Shown: positions 19,522 to 30,232 of the stretch, piece by piece | Layout: the number at the start of each line of letters is the position of its first letter | Numbering within the stretch: position 1 is the stretch's first letter | Virus record (IMG/VR): IMGVR_UViG_3300020477_001849 | Location: 1-64,000 of that record | Source of the DNA: a virus | DNA length: 64,000 bases | Reading direction: 5' to 3' (one strand) | The notes under the pieces: model-generated | Told to the model about the DNA's origin: nothing | The model's input: the letters and a program-made list of their open reading frames with translations, nothing else | Database searches by the model: none | Made by a program: the position numbers and the translations under genes

Positions 19522-20739
19522 TTAGCTGTCTTTTGTAATAATCGGTGGGAGTGCTAGAATCCTCAAGTCACCGGGTGGTAGGCATGCTAGTAGGTGATGC
19601 ATATGTATCGCTTTCCAGTTAACGGTACCAATTTCTGGCATCTCTTGAACAGAGTATGGCTCCGTAACAGGTGGAATGGGCACAGCATTCAAATCATCTA
19701 AGTTGGCAGAGATTGCCGAAGTGCCTGGATCGGGGACGCTCAGTGATAATAATTTAGCGGATCCCTGGGTCAATGCCATCCCAATATCTGTATCTACTAC
19801 ATTGGCGGCACCCAATATAAGGCCGGTCCATGCGGCAAGCACATCACCAAGTACTTTACCCAGCAGGCCCTCGTCTTCTGAAGCTGCCAACTTCTCATAT
19901 GTCTCTTCACCTGCTGCTAATCCTAAGGACAACAAGACCTCATCAGGCTTTGTCGCCAAAAGTGCCATTACCGGAATTGCAGGAAGTGGAGGAATCATAT
20001 ATGCTGTTGCAACCTCGGGTGCAATAACCTCGTTAAATACCGTAAATAATACTGGAGCAACAGCATCAATTATCTTTTGTCCGTCCTCATCACCGTATAA
20101 TGCCTTCACAGAATCCTGAAGAAGTGCAGGGGCACCTGCTGATATTGCAGGAAGCGATCCACCTGCCTGTAGAATACTATCTTTTACAATCCAGTCAAGT
20201 GCATTAAATACTGTATCATCACCACCATTACCATGGGGATCAATGTTGAACCCCCCCGGGGCCCCGTCCCACTCTAAACCTAGGTCCGGTGGGGCAGGCT
20301 GGCCTGAATATGATGTTACAACGGCCATTAGCAGGTTTGCATACCCTAGCGGATCTTTAATGTCCATCGGGGCATCAAGTTGTGTCGTAGATCGTAAGAT
20401 AATTGCCTTCATCATCGCAAGCTTATCTCTGGCCCAGGAGGCATCTTTAAGAGTATTCTCATCCGGTATTGAATCATCATTAAAGCGTCCGACAATATAT
20501 GAAAATACAGGTTTTTTTGCGCCGAGCCGAACTGCGGGGTTGGGGTCGGTTGCAAGTGCCTCCATGTACACCTTTGACGCGCTCATTTTCACATTTGCTA
20601 GTGTCGGAGACATGTCACCGGCTTGAAGGACTGGGTTTTGAGGGGGAATAGTGGGTACGGTACCTGCCCCCGCATTTCCTGTAAACCCGGGCTTGTATAG
20701 GGGGTCATTATCTATAGTCTCTTCATATACTTCAGGCAT
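19522..20739 (-). CDS. Hypothetical proline-rich protein, probably virion-associated
   Basis: 405-aa ORF overlapping the stop of the upstream spike-like gene (TAATG). Confidence 0.5.
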   Translation of the reverse strand: MPEVYEETIDNDPLYKPGFTGNAGAGTVPTIPPQNPVLQAGDMSPTLANVKMSASKVYMEALATDPNPAVRLGAKKPVFSYIVGRFNDDSIPDENTLKDASWARDKLAMMKAIILRSTTQLDAPMDIKDPLGYANLLMAVVTSYSGQPAPPDLGLEWDGAPGGFNIDPHGNGGDDTVFNALDWIVKDSILQAGGSLPAISAGAPALLQDSVKALYGDEDGQKIIDAVAPVLFTVFNEVIAPEVATAYMIPPLPAIPVMALLATKPDEVLLSLGLAAGEETYEKLAASEDEGLLGKVLGDVLAAWTGLILGAANVVDTDIGMALTQGSAKLLSLSVPDPGTSAISANLDDLNAVPIPPVTEPYSVQEMPEIGTVNWKAIHMHHLLACLPPGDLRILALPPIITKDS

Positions 20740-22349
20740 TAGGCATCATTCTTCATGAAGATTGTTTTACTTTTCATCTGGGTCAGCTTGCCCTGTAACG
20801 TTGTGGCCGCCGTTACGACAGGACTGTCAGGGACACCTAGGTTGCATATTGACAATGTGAGGTTCGTACAGAATTCATCCAATAGTTCCACAAGTTTATC
20901 ACCCATCACTGCAGCCTGAGCCTTTGACTTTGCTGGATCCCCCAAAAATATCTGGTCTGCCTGCCCGTCGCCTATAAATACCTCTTTTGCATCAATAGCA
21001 ACTTTTCCACCTGGTAATAGTGAAACAGAACACCTGTTTGCAGGGTCGGCGCCTTCCCTAATTATTAGAATTGAACCATCCGCCGGTGGCTTTGTAGCAG
21101 GATCCTTCCTGGCAACTATTCGAACCTCATTGGATTTCATTATCACATAAGCATTATCATCAACGGCCTTGACCTTAAGGTCATTCTTAACAAAATCACC
21201 TAGAGAATCCAGCAGCTTAAAGTTGGTATCACCTGATGTTTTCATTGAGATATACACACGTGAAAGGTCGGACATGAAATCCGGATCACCCTCCTGTGGG
21301 TTTGCATACCAGTTATTTTTTACTAGAATTATCTCTTCATTATCTTCAGGTGTAGCATCAGTGCCGGCTGGTGAAAAATCTGATCCGAAATTAACAGGGT
21401 TCTTATTTGTCTCTTTCCAACTACGTGTATTTGCTATGGTGAAAGGCTTAGTCCCATCAACCTGACCTCTGCCTGCGACGATATCGATTGTCCCCTTAAG
21501 TGCCGGTTCTTTTGCAGCACTTATACTATCCCCCCTATTCCCAAATGGAAATCCCTTATCAACCTTAATATTTGCATTACTGACAGTTGTCCCATCACCC
21601 TTTGCGGGGTCGGTTGAGCTTTTGTCAGGGGTATTAGTGCCTGTGAAACCCCTATCTTCACCAAGGCATATCAGTGTATTATTCGACCCCTGCAGGGCTA
21701 AATCACCTGGACGCTTAGTAAACCTAGGAACTGCCTCAAAATTTACTGACTTATTCGATATCGAGCCAGTAAAAATCATATCATAATCATCTGGCATCGC
21801 TAGGGTAAATGTATCATCAGTGTCAGTGCCATTCATGAATGCCGGCTTATCGGGAGGTGTTTCTGACTTAATCTTCGTAGCAACCTCCATCAACGTTCGG
21901 TCCCAATGGGTAAAGTTGATATCATCGACGAAGTCAGCAGCTGGAATTCTACACAGCCAGAACATTAGATCTGATGTTGTTGTTGGATCGGGATCTATTA
22001 GAAAAACAGTCTCACCTGCCTTAACCGGTAGTCCTATGTGGGGAGGAAAAATAGGATAAGCAACAGACACCTTTTGTCCTTGCGCTGACTTAGCACGATC
22101 CAAGCCCCCTGTGACATCCCTAACCAGAATTGAATTACGGGGAGCCGATATCAGGTATGCACTATTCTGACATTCATCAAAGTATATATCCCTCTGCTTA
22201 GCAGGAATAGCACCTGGGTCATTTAGTACCTCTACAACGACACCAAACCTTAAGGTGGGTTGTGCCGGTGCTTCCGCCTCCGCAAATGCGGATGTAGGAT
22301 TTGAGTCGCTAGCCAGGTAATCGACATAGTCAAAATTGCGTCCGGCCAT
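20739..22349 (-). CDS. Baseplate hub/central spike-like protein (gp5/GpV-related)
   Basis: N-terminal OB-like AYPIFP..LPVKAGETVFL, RPGDLALQGSNNTLICLG and C-terminal AAVMGDKLVELL motifs; position just before gp25. Confidence 0.55.
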   Translation of the reverse strand: MAGRNFDYVDYLASDSNPTSAFAEAEAPAQPTLRFGVVVEVLNDPGAIPAKQRDIYFDECQNSAYLISAPRNSILVRDVTGGLDRAKSAQGQKVSVAYPIFPPHIGLPVKAGETVFLIDPDPTTTSDLMFWLCRIPAADFVDDINFTHWDRTLMEVATKIKSETPPDKPAFMNGTDTDDTFTLAMPDDYDMIFTGSISNKSVNFEAVPRFTKRPGDLALQGSNNTLICLGEDRGFTGTNTPDKSSTDPAKGDGTTVSNANIKVDKGFPFGNRGDSISAAKEPALKGTIDIVAGRGQVDGTKPFTIANTRSWKETNKNPVNFGSDFSPAGTDATPEDNEEIILVKNNWYANPQEGDPDFMSDLSRVYISMKTSGDTNFKLLDSLGDFVKNDLKVKAVDDNAYVIMKSNEVRIVARKDPATKPPADGSILIIREGADPANRCSVSLLPGGKVAIDAKEVFIGDGQADQIFLGDPAKSKAQAAVMGDKLVELLDEFCTNLTLSICNLGVPDSPVVTAATTLQGKLTQMKSKTIFMKNDA

Positions 22350-22352
22350 GAT

Positions 22353-22718
22353 TTAATCCTCTATTTGTGCAAAAATATCATCCGGATTAACACGGGCAGC
22401 TCTCTCTTCACATTTTGTTATCAGTTCGGCTAGCCGCAGTATCTGGTCATTCGATTTACACATTCGCTCGATATACTTCGACAATGTAGGCCCTAGGGTA
22501 ACATGCTCAGTAGTCCCTGATTGCATTTGTTGAAATGCATCAGTAAATAACATGCCTGCATTCTCCCTATCCATTACTGCATTATGGTATATCTCTTTCC
22601 ATAACAGCTTCTTTTTATCCTCTGATGCATCTATTGAATCAAGTAGCTCTGCAAAGTCTGCTACTTTTTGCTGGCTGTTCCTATACTTGTCAAACATCTT
22701 ATCGACATCATTACTCAT
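22353..22718 (-). CDS. Hypothetical helical protein
   Basis: 121-aa ORF with ATGA overlap to the sigma-like gene and GGAGG RBS. Confidence 0.6.
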   Translation of the reverse strand: MSNDVDKMFDKYRNSQQKVADFAELLDSIDASEDKKKLLWKEIYHNAVMDRENAGMLFTDAFQQMQSGTTEHVTLGPTLSKYIERMCKSNDQILRLAELITKCEERAARVNPDDIFAQIED

Positions 22719-23446
22719 AGCAATTCCTCCAATATCGTCTTTTGTTTAACTATATCTTTATAATGTTTTCTAATAGATGACATTGCAACAGACAGCTGTT
22801 TAGGATTGAGCCCTGATATATCTCTGACATATACAAAAATCGCCCTTTTGTTTAAAAAATCTAATTCATCTATATTCTTAAACACCGTAGTTATGGCCTC
22901 GATACATGCTATTTCTTTTTGGCCTTTCACCCTACTTCTAATTTTTACTAAAATTTCCAGTATCTCATTTCTGAGATTTCTCTTAATTAATATCTCGTCA
23001 GGAGCAGGGACAACATCATAGTTTGCTAGAAAACTTTTGTCAACCGCATTCATTGAACTATAGTCACTCAAGCTGACATGTCTCATTGCCCGCTTCTTTA
23101 GCTTTCTAGAATTCATTATAAGCCAATTTTTTGCAACAACATTAAAGTAAGAAAAAGCCTTAGTTCCTCGAGACCCATCCCATTTATGAATAGTCTCATA
23201 TAAAAAACTAACACAATCATTCTTTAAGCTAATATAAGGCTGCTGGGGATTTACAAAGCCGTAAACGAAGATTAAGTTCTCTGCCAGTTTATCGAATGCC
23301 GGCAATATTTCTTCTACGTATATTTTTTCTTTGTCGTCCATAGAATCAGTATCTTGATATTTTTGAATACTGGCCTGAGTATCTTTACTGAAGTATGGCT
23401 CTTGACCGGAGCGGCGGCGCCTCCTTGTTTTTTTCTTTCCTTGCAT
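22715..23446 (-). CDS. Putative phage RNA polymerase sigma factor (late, gp55-like)
   Basis: IHKWDGSRGTKAFSYFNVVAKNWL resembles sigma region 2.2-2.4 (FDP..G..FSTY); C-terminal HTH-like segment; heads the structural module. Confidence 0.6.
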   Translation of the reverse strand: MQGKKKTRRRRRSGQEPYFSKDTQASIQKYQDTDSMDDKEKIYVEEILPAFDKLAENLIFVYGFVNPQQPYISLKNDCVSFLYETIHKWDGSRGTKAFSYFNVVAKNWLIMNSRKLKKRAMRHVSLSDYSSMNAVDKSFLANYDVVPAPDEILIKRNLRNEILEILVKIRSRVKGQKEIACIEAITTVFKNIDELDFLNKRAIFVYVRDISGLNPKQLSVAMSSIRKHYKDIVKQKTILEELL

Positions 23447-23468
23447 GGTCGGGAATCTCCATTTTAAA

Positions 23469-23768
23469 TTATTCCTCAGTAGGTGGCGGCGCCTCGTCTA
23501 CACGGGTTATTGAATTTGCAACGTATAAAATTGCATCTCTACTTTTCTCTATATCAGTTAAAACTCTACGTATTTCTGGACTATCGTAAAAAAGAGGTGT
23601 TTGTAGCACATTGTACATGCTGCTATATCTCTCATCCAAAATATCAAGTGAGCTCTCTATTGCATCTTGAAACTTTAGAATCGTTAACCCAAATCTTATT
23701 GCGTAAAATGTAGAGATTATAGATAATAAAGATAAAAAAGCGACTATGAGGACAATAGGCCAGCTCAT
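23469..23768 (-). CDS. Hypothetical protein with N-terminal transmembrane helix
   Basis: WPIVLIVAFLSLLSIISTFYAI hydrophobic stretch followed by a helical soluble part. Confidence 0.6.
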   Translation of the reverse strand: MSWPIVLIVAFLSLLSIISTFYAIRFGLTILKFQDAIESSLDILDERYSSMYNVLQTPLFYDSPEIRRVLTDIEKSRDAILYVANSITRVDEAPPPTEE

Positions 23769-24928
23769 ACAAAATACTTCCCTATTGCACTATCGTATAG
23801 AGAATTTATGCTGCCTTGATTGAACGTAGTTAGTAACTTTTCCCTAAGCTCTTTTGCCCACTGTTTAGGAATTACGTTGGACTTTCTAAATTTCCGAAGC
23901 CTGGCACGTGCATGCTCACTAGAAGCCTCAGCCCACCTTGCATTTTGCATAAAAATTTGATTATCAACCCTCGTCTCATGAATAGGTGACAATTGATAAT
24001 CTACGCTGACATATTTTCCGAGGCGTAAAAAATCGACATGTCCGGACCATGCTGTTGCAATAACAGGTAGCCCGCTAGCTGCCGCCTCTAATATTGGAAG
24101 GCCAAAACCCTCGCCTCGTGTTAATGATACCAGTGCAGAAATTTGAGGATGCCTGTATAGAGAAGCTACCTCCTTAGTCGACATTGCACCGTGGATCATA
24201 TGAACCTTAGGATAAGGACCCTCTCTAATCTCGCTAACAAGCTGCTGTACAATGCCGCTAGTTATTTTTCTATCAATTTTTGTATTTTTTCCTGAGTTTG
24301 TTTTTAGCACTATTCCGACATCAGGATCATCTTTAAATTCATCACAAATCCACTTTATAGTATTGAATAAATTTTTCCTATCATTATAGGGATTATTTCC
24401 TGTTAATTGACCAAAAACAAGAAAATTGAAGTCCGTCTCAAACTTAATGTCGATAGGGTCTAAATCTTCTTTCTCAATATCCTCATAGAAGGACTCGGGG
24501 ACAACATGCACAGGCACATTACACTTTCCGGAATTCTCTATAACTCGCCTGACATGCTGAGATGGTACGACAATACAGTCCATCTTGTTACATGCATTTA
24601 TCCACTCAGGATTACATACATCTGTTTCCACAAATGCAGATACACCTATGTTGATATTTGCCAAATTAGGATCCCACTCATTTGGCAGCTGTACCTGTAT
24701 CGAAATGTCACATTTTGCTGGAGGATTATTGGATCTAGCCATTATTTCTCCAGCAAGGCCTGACTCTATATCCGGATTAACCATCCATGGTGTGATCCCC
24801 CAGGGTACACAACTCGTAAAAATATTGGACTCAGGATATCTATTCAGTAGCCACTTAAATATCTGCCTCGAGTGTGTACCATACCCAGAATACGTTAACA
24901 ATGGTGCCCTAATTATAATATTTTTCAT
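23765..24928 (-). CDS. Glycosyltransferase, GT4-like
   Basis: SGYG at N-terminus; RGEGFGLPILEAAASGLPVI EX7E motif. Confidence 0.9.
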   Translation of the reverse strand: MKNIIIRAPLLTYSGYGTHSRQIFKWLLNRYPESNIFTSCVPWGITPWMVNPDIESGLAGEIMARSNNPPAKCDISIQVQLPNEWDPNLANINIGVSAFVETDVCNPEWINACNKMDCIVVPSQHVRRVIENSGKCNVPVHVVPESFYEDIEKEDLDPIDIKFETDFNFLVFGQLTGNNPYNDRKNLFNTIKWICDEFKDDPDVGIVLKTNSGKNTKIDRKITSGIVQQLVSEIREGPYPKVHMIHGAMSTKEVASLYRHPQISALVSLTRGEGFGLPILEAAASGLPVIATAWSGHVDFLRLGKYVSVDYQLSPIHETRVDNQIFMQNARWAEASSEHARARLRKFRKSNVIPKQWAKELREKLLTTFNQGSINSLYDSAIGKYFV

Positions 24929-24930
24929 GC

Positions 24931-26184
24931 TTAAAATGTCCTACACACCCAGCTATTATGATTATCTTTCCAGTTATCAATAGTATGCATCAGCGTATCA
25001 TGCCATTTATCGATTGTATCCTGGTGTAAAAATTCAGATAAGACATACTTCCTAGCCTTTTCTCCCAGCTTTTTTCTACCCTCAGGACCCTCTTCAAACA
25101 TTTTCATTAATGCCGCAGCAATTGTCTCTGCCGACGTGTAGTCCTCAAAAATATAGGGTACCGATTGTGAACCCACAAGCGATTTGAGCTCGATCGGTAA
25201 TGCAACACCGTTCTCAGTTCCATCCCTGTGGTCTACAACCTGCCTGGTCAAGCCTCCTGTTGTAGTGGCTATAATCGGGGTACCTGTCTGCATTGCCTCC
25301 AGTGTCGACAAACCAAAACCCTCAGCATAGCTCACCTGTATACATGCGTCAGAAATATTGTGTAAGACATTCATATGATTAAAATCAACTCTTTCAGTTG
25401 AAAAGACAACGCTTTGTTTTACATCGAATAGCTCAACGACGCTGAATAGGTTTGGGCCTTCGTGATCCCCGGGGTCAGTATGCATAAGCAAAGTGACTTT
25501 ATCATGCCCATATTTTTCCTTGACTTCCTTGACAAACATAGACCACGCCCACACAAGGTCTGCGGGTCGCTTCCTGCGTGCATTTCTGTTTATCCATAAA
25601 ACCACGAAATGATCTTCTCTCTCTTTTCCCAATAGAGAAACCCTACACGTATCTATGTCTTTCTTACTCATAGGAAAGAAGATGCCTTCGGGAAGCGAGT
25701 GAGGAATAAAATTTGTCTTTTCCGGAAAATTTTCACTAACAACTTCATATGTTAAGTGAGAATGACAATTGATTAGATCTGTTGATTCATAAAGAACATC
25801 ATTAAACCTGGGTGTCGGCCGATTATCCCATACATGCCACCACACTATAGGGCACACTTGATGAATTTCATCTTCCATCTCAAACAACCACGTAAAAAAT
25901 CGGGGATCTGTGAATAGAAAAACTGCATCAGGTTTCTCTGTTGCTAGTGTGACCCTTAGCATCTCAGGTGTGCCGAAACCATCAACAGGCTTAATAATAA
26001 AGTCGTCATTAACAACTACTGTCTCATAGTCCCCATGTTTAATCGCTGCGCCGAACTGACGAAAAGACCAACAGCCTTTCTTGATCAAGCCCTCGATTAA
26101 ATGGCGACTTTGCACACCGACGCCTGACGTACATAAAGCATGATCAGATAACATTAATACTTTTTTCTTATTTGCCATATGCAA
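24931..26184 (-). CDS. Glycosyltransferase, GT4-like
   Basis: NRNARRK; SYAEGFGLSTLEAMQTGTPII; true start may be the second Met at 26178. Confidence 0.9.
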   Translation of the reverse strand: MHMANKKKVLMLSDHALCTSGVGVQSRHLIEGLIKKGCWSFRQFGAAIKHGDYETVVVNDDFIIKPVDGFGTPEMLRVTLATEKPDAVFLFTDPRFFTWLFEMEDEIHQVCPIVWWHVWDNRPTPRFNDVLYESTDLINCHSHLTYEVVSENFPEKTNFIPHSLPEGIFFPMSKKDIDTCRVSLLGKEREDHFVVLWINRNARRKRPADLVWAWSMFVKEVKEKYGHDKVTLLMHTDPGDHEGPNLFSVVELFDVKQSVVFSTERVDFNHMNVLHNISDACIQVSYAEGFGLSTLEAMQTGTPIIATTTGGLTRQVVDHRDGTENGVALPIELKSLVGSQSVPYIFEDYTSAETIAAALMKMFEEGPEGRKKLGEKARKYVLSEFLHQDTIDKWHDTLMHTIDNWKDNHNSWVCRTF

Positions 26185-26214
26185 AACCTATCCCTTATTG
26201 AGAAACAGTTAATA

Positions 26215-27084
26215 TCAATCTTTTTCTATCACTGCCCTACCATTCATAAGCTCCCAATCCCTATATTCTCTCACCTCATCATTTTTTTCTTTTACTGCGT
26301 TGAGAACGCTGGGGGAAATATCAAAATTACTCATTACATTAATCATTGCAGACAAATCCTTCGGAAAACAGTGGCCGCCATAGCCAAAATGCCCATCAGG
26401 ACCAGGAACAGAAAAGTGTGACTTGCCTAATCTATCATCATACAATGCATATTCTGCAACTTTATCATAATCAACCCCTAGCTTTTCACAGACCTGGTAT
26501 ATTTCATTTGCAAATGAAACCTTTGTGGATAGAAAACAATTTATAAAATACTTCACCATCTCAGCATGGGTTGAGCTGGTCTTAATAATTGGTATTGTAG
26601 GAAACGCTTTTCGAAACATCGTCTTCACCATCGATGATGAAGGGCGCGGCCCTCCGACGATAATCCTTGACTGATTTTTAAAATCATCAAATGAATTTGC
26701 CTCTGTTAAAAACTCGGGGCTAAAAACTATCGATACACTTGAATACTTCTCATCCAGATAAGCAGTTGTCCCCGGAGGAACTGTCGATTTTATGATCAGT
26801 ATCTTGTTATCTAGATTATTGGCTGAACATAATTCATTTATATCGCTTATTGCCTTCTCAACAATACCGGTATGACAGCTGCCATCTTTATGCATCGGCG
26901 TTGGCAGGCATACAAAGACAAAATCAGACTTTGAAACAAGGTGATATAAAGACTCGCAGTTTCTTAGTTCAGGCTTAATATCATATGTTAATACGCTATA
27001 AAAATCTTTTAGGCCTTCGCGGATTGCGGACCCCACGAAGCCCTGGCCGACTATTCCTACTTGGTATTCTTGATTATTTTTCAC
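26215..27084 (-). CDS. ugd: UDP-glucose/GDP-mannose dehydrogenase family, short form
   Basis: GQGFVG, KSTVPPG, PEFLTE, GYGGHCFPKD; lacks C-terminal UDP-binding domain. Confidence 0.85.
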   Translation of the reverse strand: MKNNQEYQVGIVGQGFVGSAIREGLKDFYSVLTYDIKPELRNCESLYHLVSKSDFVFVCLPTPMHKDGSCHTGIVEKAISDINELCSANNLDNKILIIKSTVPPGTTAYLDEKYSSVSIVFSPEFLTEANSFDDFKNQSRIIVGGPRPSSSMVKTMFRKAFPTIPIIKTSSTHAEMVKYFINCFLSTKVSFANEIYQVCEKLGVDYDKVAEYALYDDRLGKSHFSVPGPDGHFGYGGHCFPKDLSAMINVMSNFDISPSVLNAVKEKNDEVREYRDWELMNGRAVIEKD

Positions 27085-27094
27085 TTATTTCTCC

Positions 27095-27919
27095 TTAGGT
27101 ACAATGCTCAGTTTGATGATAATCACAATATGTGCATGAATTTCTATTTTTTACATAAAATCCCTTTCTAACAGCCGATATCATGCTATCGACCATTTTT
27201 CTGGATTTTGCTATTGTCTTTGGCCCGGCTGAGATGGGGAAAAACTCGCATGTGTTCCCCGGCTTTCCTCCTCTCTTTAAAAGAATAAACCCACACCCTA
27301 CATCCTTGAGGGGTATGCCATTCTTTCTAGACCAAAAATCTTTATACAAAATAATTTGAGCCTGTGTCAAAAAATCCTGCTTTTTTCTTCTATCCCACCC
27401 ATAAGACTTTGCAGTCTTCCAGTCTAGGATCCAATATTTGTACGTTCCATTTTTCCTAGGAACCTTTATGATTGCGTCGATAAATCCCTTGAAGTTTAAA
27501 TCCTTCGCCTCTATAAACTCGTATAGCTCTTCTTCAGCACGAACAGGTTCCCATCCAGGAAAGGTCTTATCTAAAAATTGCGGAACATCATCCCACATGT
27601 TAGATGCCCATTGGCACCACTCACCTACTGGGTGGTACTTATACCACCCTGGCTGAACCTTGACCCAATCAGGATTATCAAATCCATTTTTCTCCCAAGC
27701 GTCCTTAATATTTTGTAACAGTTTATCCTTGGGAATATCTCCTGTATTAAGAAAACTCTCGCAGCCCTCATGAACATTAGTACCAAAATCTAGGTACGGT
27801 GAGGGCTCGAACTTATCAATCTTATCAATATGCTGTAGCTTATGACGGTAAGGGCACTCTTTCCAACACCTCACCTCTGAGTATGACACATGTTTCTTTC
27901 CTGTCGGGAAATCACTCAT
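27095..27919 (-). CDS. PD-(D/E)XK nuclease, Cas4/AddB-like
   Basis: SYS..CP, FGTNVHE, KGFIDAI, ILDWKT, QIILY, C-terminal CTYC....HC iron-sulfur staple. Confidence 0.85.
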   Translation of the reverse strand: MSDFPTGKKHVSYSEVRCWKECPYRHKLQHIDKIDKFEPSPYLDFGTNVHEGCESFLNTGDIPKDKLLQNIKDAWEKNGFDNPDWVKVQPGWYKYHPVGEWCQWASNMWDDVPQFLDKTFPGWEPVRAEEELYEFIEAKDLNFKGFIDAIIKVPRKNGTYKYWILDWKTAKSYGWDRRKKQDFLTQAQIILYKDFWSRKNGIPLKDVGCGFILLKRGGKPGNTCEFFPISAGPKTIAKSRKMVDSMISAVRKGFYVKNRNSCTYCDYHQTEHCT

Positions 27920-28769
27920 TATTGTCTCCTAATATGCTAACTGCACCTTCTATACTAGTCCAGTCATGATTTTTTCTAACTTCTAGATTCTTATCCCATG
28001 CAGCCTTAAGAATCTTTGGGTCTACACCGACATCTTTACATTTATGAATAATGGCATTAATGTCTTTTGGAAAACATTTTCCACCAAACCCTAGGTCACC
28101 ATCATGTCCAGGTACATCTAAGTGTGAATTACCAACCCTACCATCTAAGACTAGCCCATTAACTACATCATCCCAATCTGCATTTACGGCATCAGATAAT
28201 TGCCTTATCTCATTCATGAATGAAACCTTCACAGCAAAAAAGCAGTTTGCAATATATTTGATTAATTGTGCAGATGCAAAATCTGTCTTTAAGATAGGCG
28301 TTGCTGAAAATCTACTTCTGTATAGAATTTCCACCCTACTGTTATTCACGTTATCTCCGCCTAGCACTATTCTAGACGAATTGATAAAATCTAGGCGCGC
28401 CCGACGCTCAGTTAGAAATTCAGGGTTAAAAACAAGATTCAGGCCTGGAAATTGTTCTGCATATCTTTCCATTGTGCCTGGAACAACTGTCGACTTAACT
28501 ATTATTACATTATCACGTGTATTAATATTCGAGATATCTAACATGAGATTATCTAGAATACTAGTGTCAATCTCCCCTCCCAGGACATCTTTCATAGGTG
28601 TGGGTACACTTAAGAATACAAAGTCTGAATTTAGTAGGACATCCTCTAAGCTATGCGTAGACTTTGTGGGGTCAATGTCATGGATGAAAATATCATCAAC
28701 ATGTAACACAAAGCCCGCTGCTATAGCGGACCCCACAAACCCATTCCCTATAATTCCTATCTTTTTCAT
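27912..28769 (-). CDS. ugd: UDP-glucose/GDP-mannose dehydrogenase family, short form (second paralogue)
   Basis: GNGFVG, KSTVVPG, NPEFLTE, GFGGKCFPKD. Confidence 0.85.
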   Translation of the reverse strand: MKKIGIIGNGFVGSAIAAGFVLHVDDIFIHDIDPTKSTHSLEDVLLNSDFVFLSVPTPMKDVLGGEIDTSILDNLMLDISNINTRDNVIIVKSTVVPGTMERYAEQFPGLNLVFNPEFLTERRARLDFINSSRIVLGGDNVNNSRVEILYRSRFSATPILKTDFASAQLIKYIANCFFAVKVSFMNEIRQLSDAVNADWDDVVNGLVLDGRVGNSHLDVPGHDGDLGFGGKCFPKDINAIIHKCKDVGVDPKILKAAWDKNLEVRKNHDWTSIEGAVSILGDNNE

Positions 28770-29405
28770 TTAGCCTATCCCTTTCCACGTTGCACCCCCA
28801 GGCGTCCAGTGATGATTACACTCCATGGCAGGCTCATAAAGATACGTCATCCCAGAAGACACTGCGTCGGCAGCCCAGTACCGATCTTCTTTTGACACTA
28901 CACCTTCATTAAACGGTAGCTCAATAAGTGCCTTCTTATCATAAAAACAAAATGCATTATGTAAGAAATTTCTGCTCTCTAATTCAGACCACATGTTCTC
29001 AACTTTTTCATCAACAAAGTGTGACCAAATATACCGCTTATTAATTTTCTTTCCGCGGTATACAGGGGTCTGCTTTCCAAAGACTGCGGAATATGACTTT
29101 AATGCATCATTAATCTCTGACATATCAGGCATCTTCATTATCTGGCTGTGCGCTGACAATATTAGGACTACATTATATGATGCTTTTGATATGCCAAAAT
29201 TTAATGCCTTACCTGGCGTATATTGATCTATAGCATGTACTTTGATATTTGAAAAACAGAACTCGTTAACAACACTTAAAGAATCATCAGAAGACTCATT
29301 ATCAATAATGATAATCTCGGGGTCACTAAAAAAATCTAAACATGACTGTATTGCATGCCCAATCCATCTAGCTTCATTCTTATTTCTAATAATGACACTA
29401 ATCAT
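28770..29405 (-). CDS. Glycosyltransferase, GT2
   Basis: SVIIRNKNE, IIDNESSD, ALNFG, EDRYWA; SAH in place of DxD. Confidence 0.85.
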   Translation of the reverse strand: MISVIIRNKNEARWIGHAIQSCLDFFSDPEIIIIDNESSDDSLSVVNEFCFSNIKVHAIDQYTPGKALNFGISKASYNVVLILSAHSQIMKMPDMSEINDALKSYSAVFGKQTPVYRGKKINKRYIWSHFVDEKVENMWSELESRNFLHNAFCFYDKKALIELPFNEGVVSKEDRYWAADAVSSGMTYLYEPAMECNHHWTPGGATWKGIG

Positions 29406-30202
29406 TTATTAAATCTTCCAGTATAAAATTCTCTAGAGCTTCTCTCTTGCTCTAAGAAATCCAAGCCATGCCATATGTGCATTTGTTCATGCATATGAAT
29501 ATAGTCACATAAATTCTTCAACTCGTGAGGTAAAATAGCAAATTTATTATCTCTACCTGGTAGGTTGTGATCAATGGTAAAATGTTTTTCTATAGCACAG
29601 ACATCATATTTCATGGCAACCTTTGCTGACTCTACCCCGAAGATATGGTCACTGTACCCTATATTTTTAGTAATAGTCTTTAGGTTTTCTAGCTTTCGTA
29701 TATTCGCAATGGCTGGATCGCAAGGGTATGACGAGACGCAATGCATTAAAACTAGATTAACATCACATAAAAGCTTACAAGAACTAGAGATCTCATCCCA
29801 TGTTGAAGTACCTGTAGACATAAAAATTTTGTCGAAACTCTTATTGCAATAAGACAAGAGTGCGCTATTTCTGCATTCAAAGCTAGGGATCTTAACCTCT
29901 TTAATGCCCAAAGAAACCAACAGCTTTGCATCGTCGATGCTAAAAACCGATGACAGAAACTTTATGTTATGCTTTTTGCATATCCCTATTAGGTGCCTAT
30001 GATCGTCTACCGTAAGTTCAGCATTCTCGTATATTTGTCGTCGGCCGTCGGCGTCCCAATCACCAGCCTTAAGCCTATCAACGGACCATGTTTGAAATTT
30101 TGCATATGCAGCCCCACTCTCCGAAGCCGCCTTAATCATTTTCTCAGCTAAAGCCATATCACCCATGTGATTCCAGCCAATTTCTGCAATTACTTCAATC
30201 AT
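29402..30202 (-). CDS. neuB: N-acetylneuraminate synthase family (no C-terminal SAF domain)
   Basis: IAEIGWNHMGD, KFQT, KIPS, MSTG, MHCVSSYP, GYSDH, IEKHFT. Confidence 0.9.
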   Translation of the reverse strand: MIEVIAEIGWNHMGDMALAEKMIKAASESGAAYAKFQTWSVDRLKAGDWDADGRRQIYENAELTVDDHRHLIGICKKHNIKFLSSVFSIDDAKLLVSLGIKEVKIPSFECRNSALLSYCNKSFDKIFMSTGTSTWDEISSSCKLLCDVNLVLMHCVSSYPCDPAIANIRKLENLKTITKNIGYSDHIFGVESAKVAMKYDVCAIEKHFTIDHNLPGRDNKFAILPHELKNLCDYIHMHEQMHIWHGLDFLEQERSSREFYTGRFNK

Positions 30203-30232
30203 CTCAGAGACCTCTTGCCTAATGATTTATTA

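Noticed and set aside
27095-27919. CRISPR-Cas system suggested by the Cas4-like gene
   Set aside because: No repeat-spacer array or other cas gene visible; solo Cas4-like nucleases are common in phages
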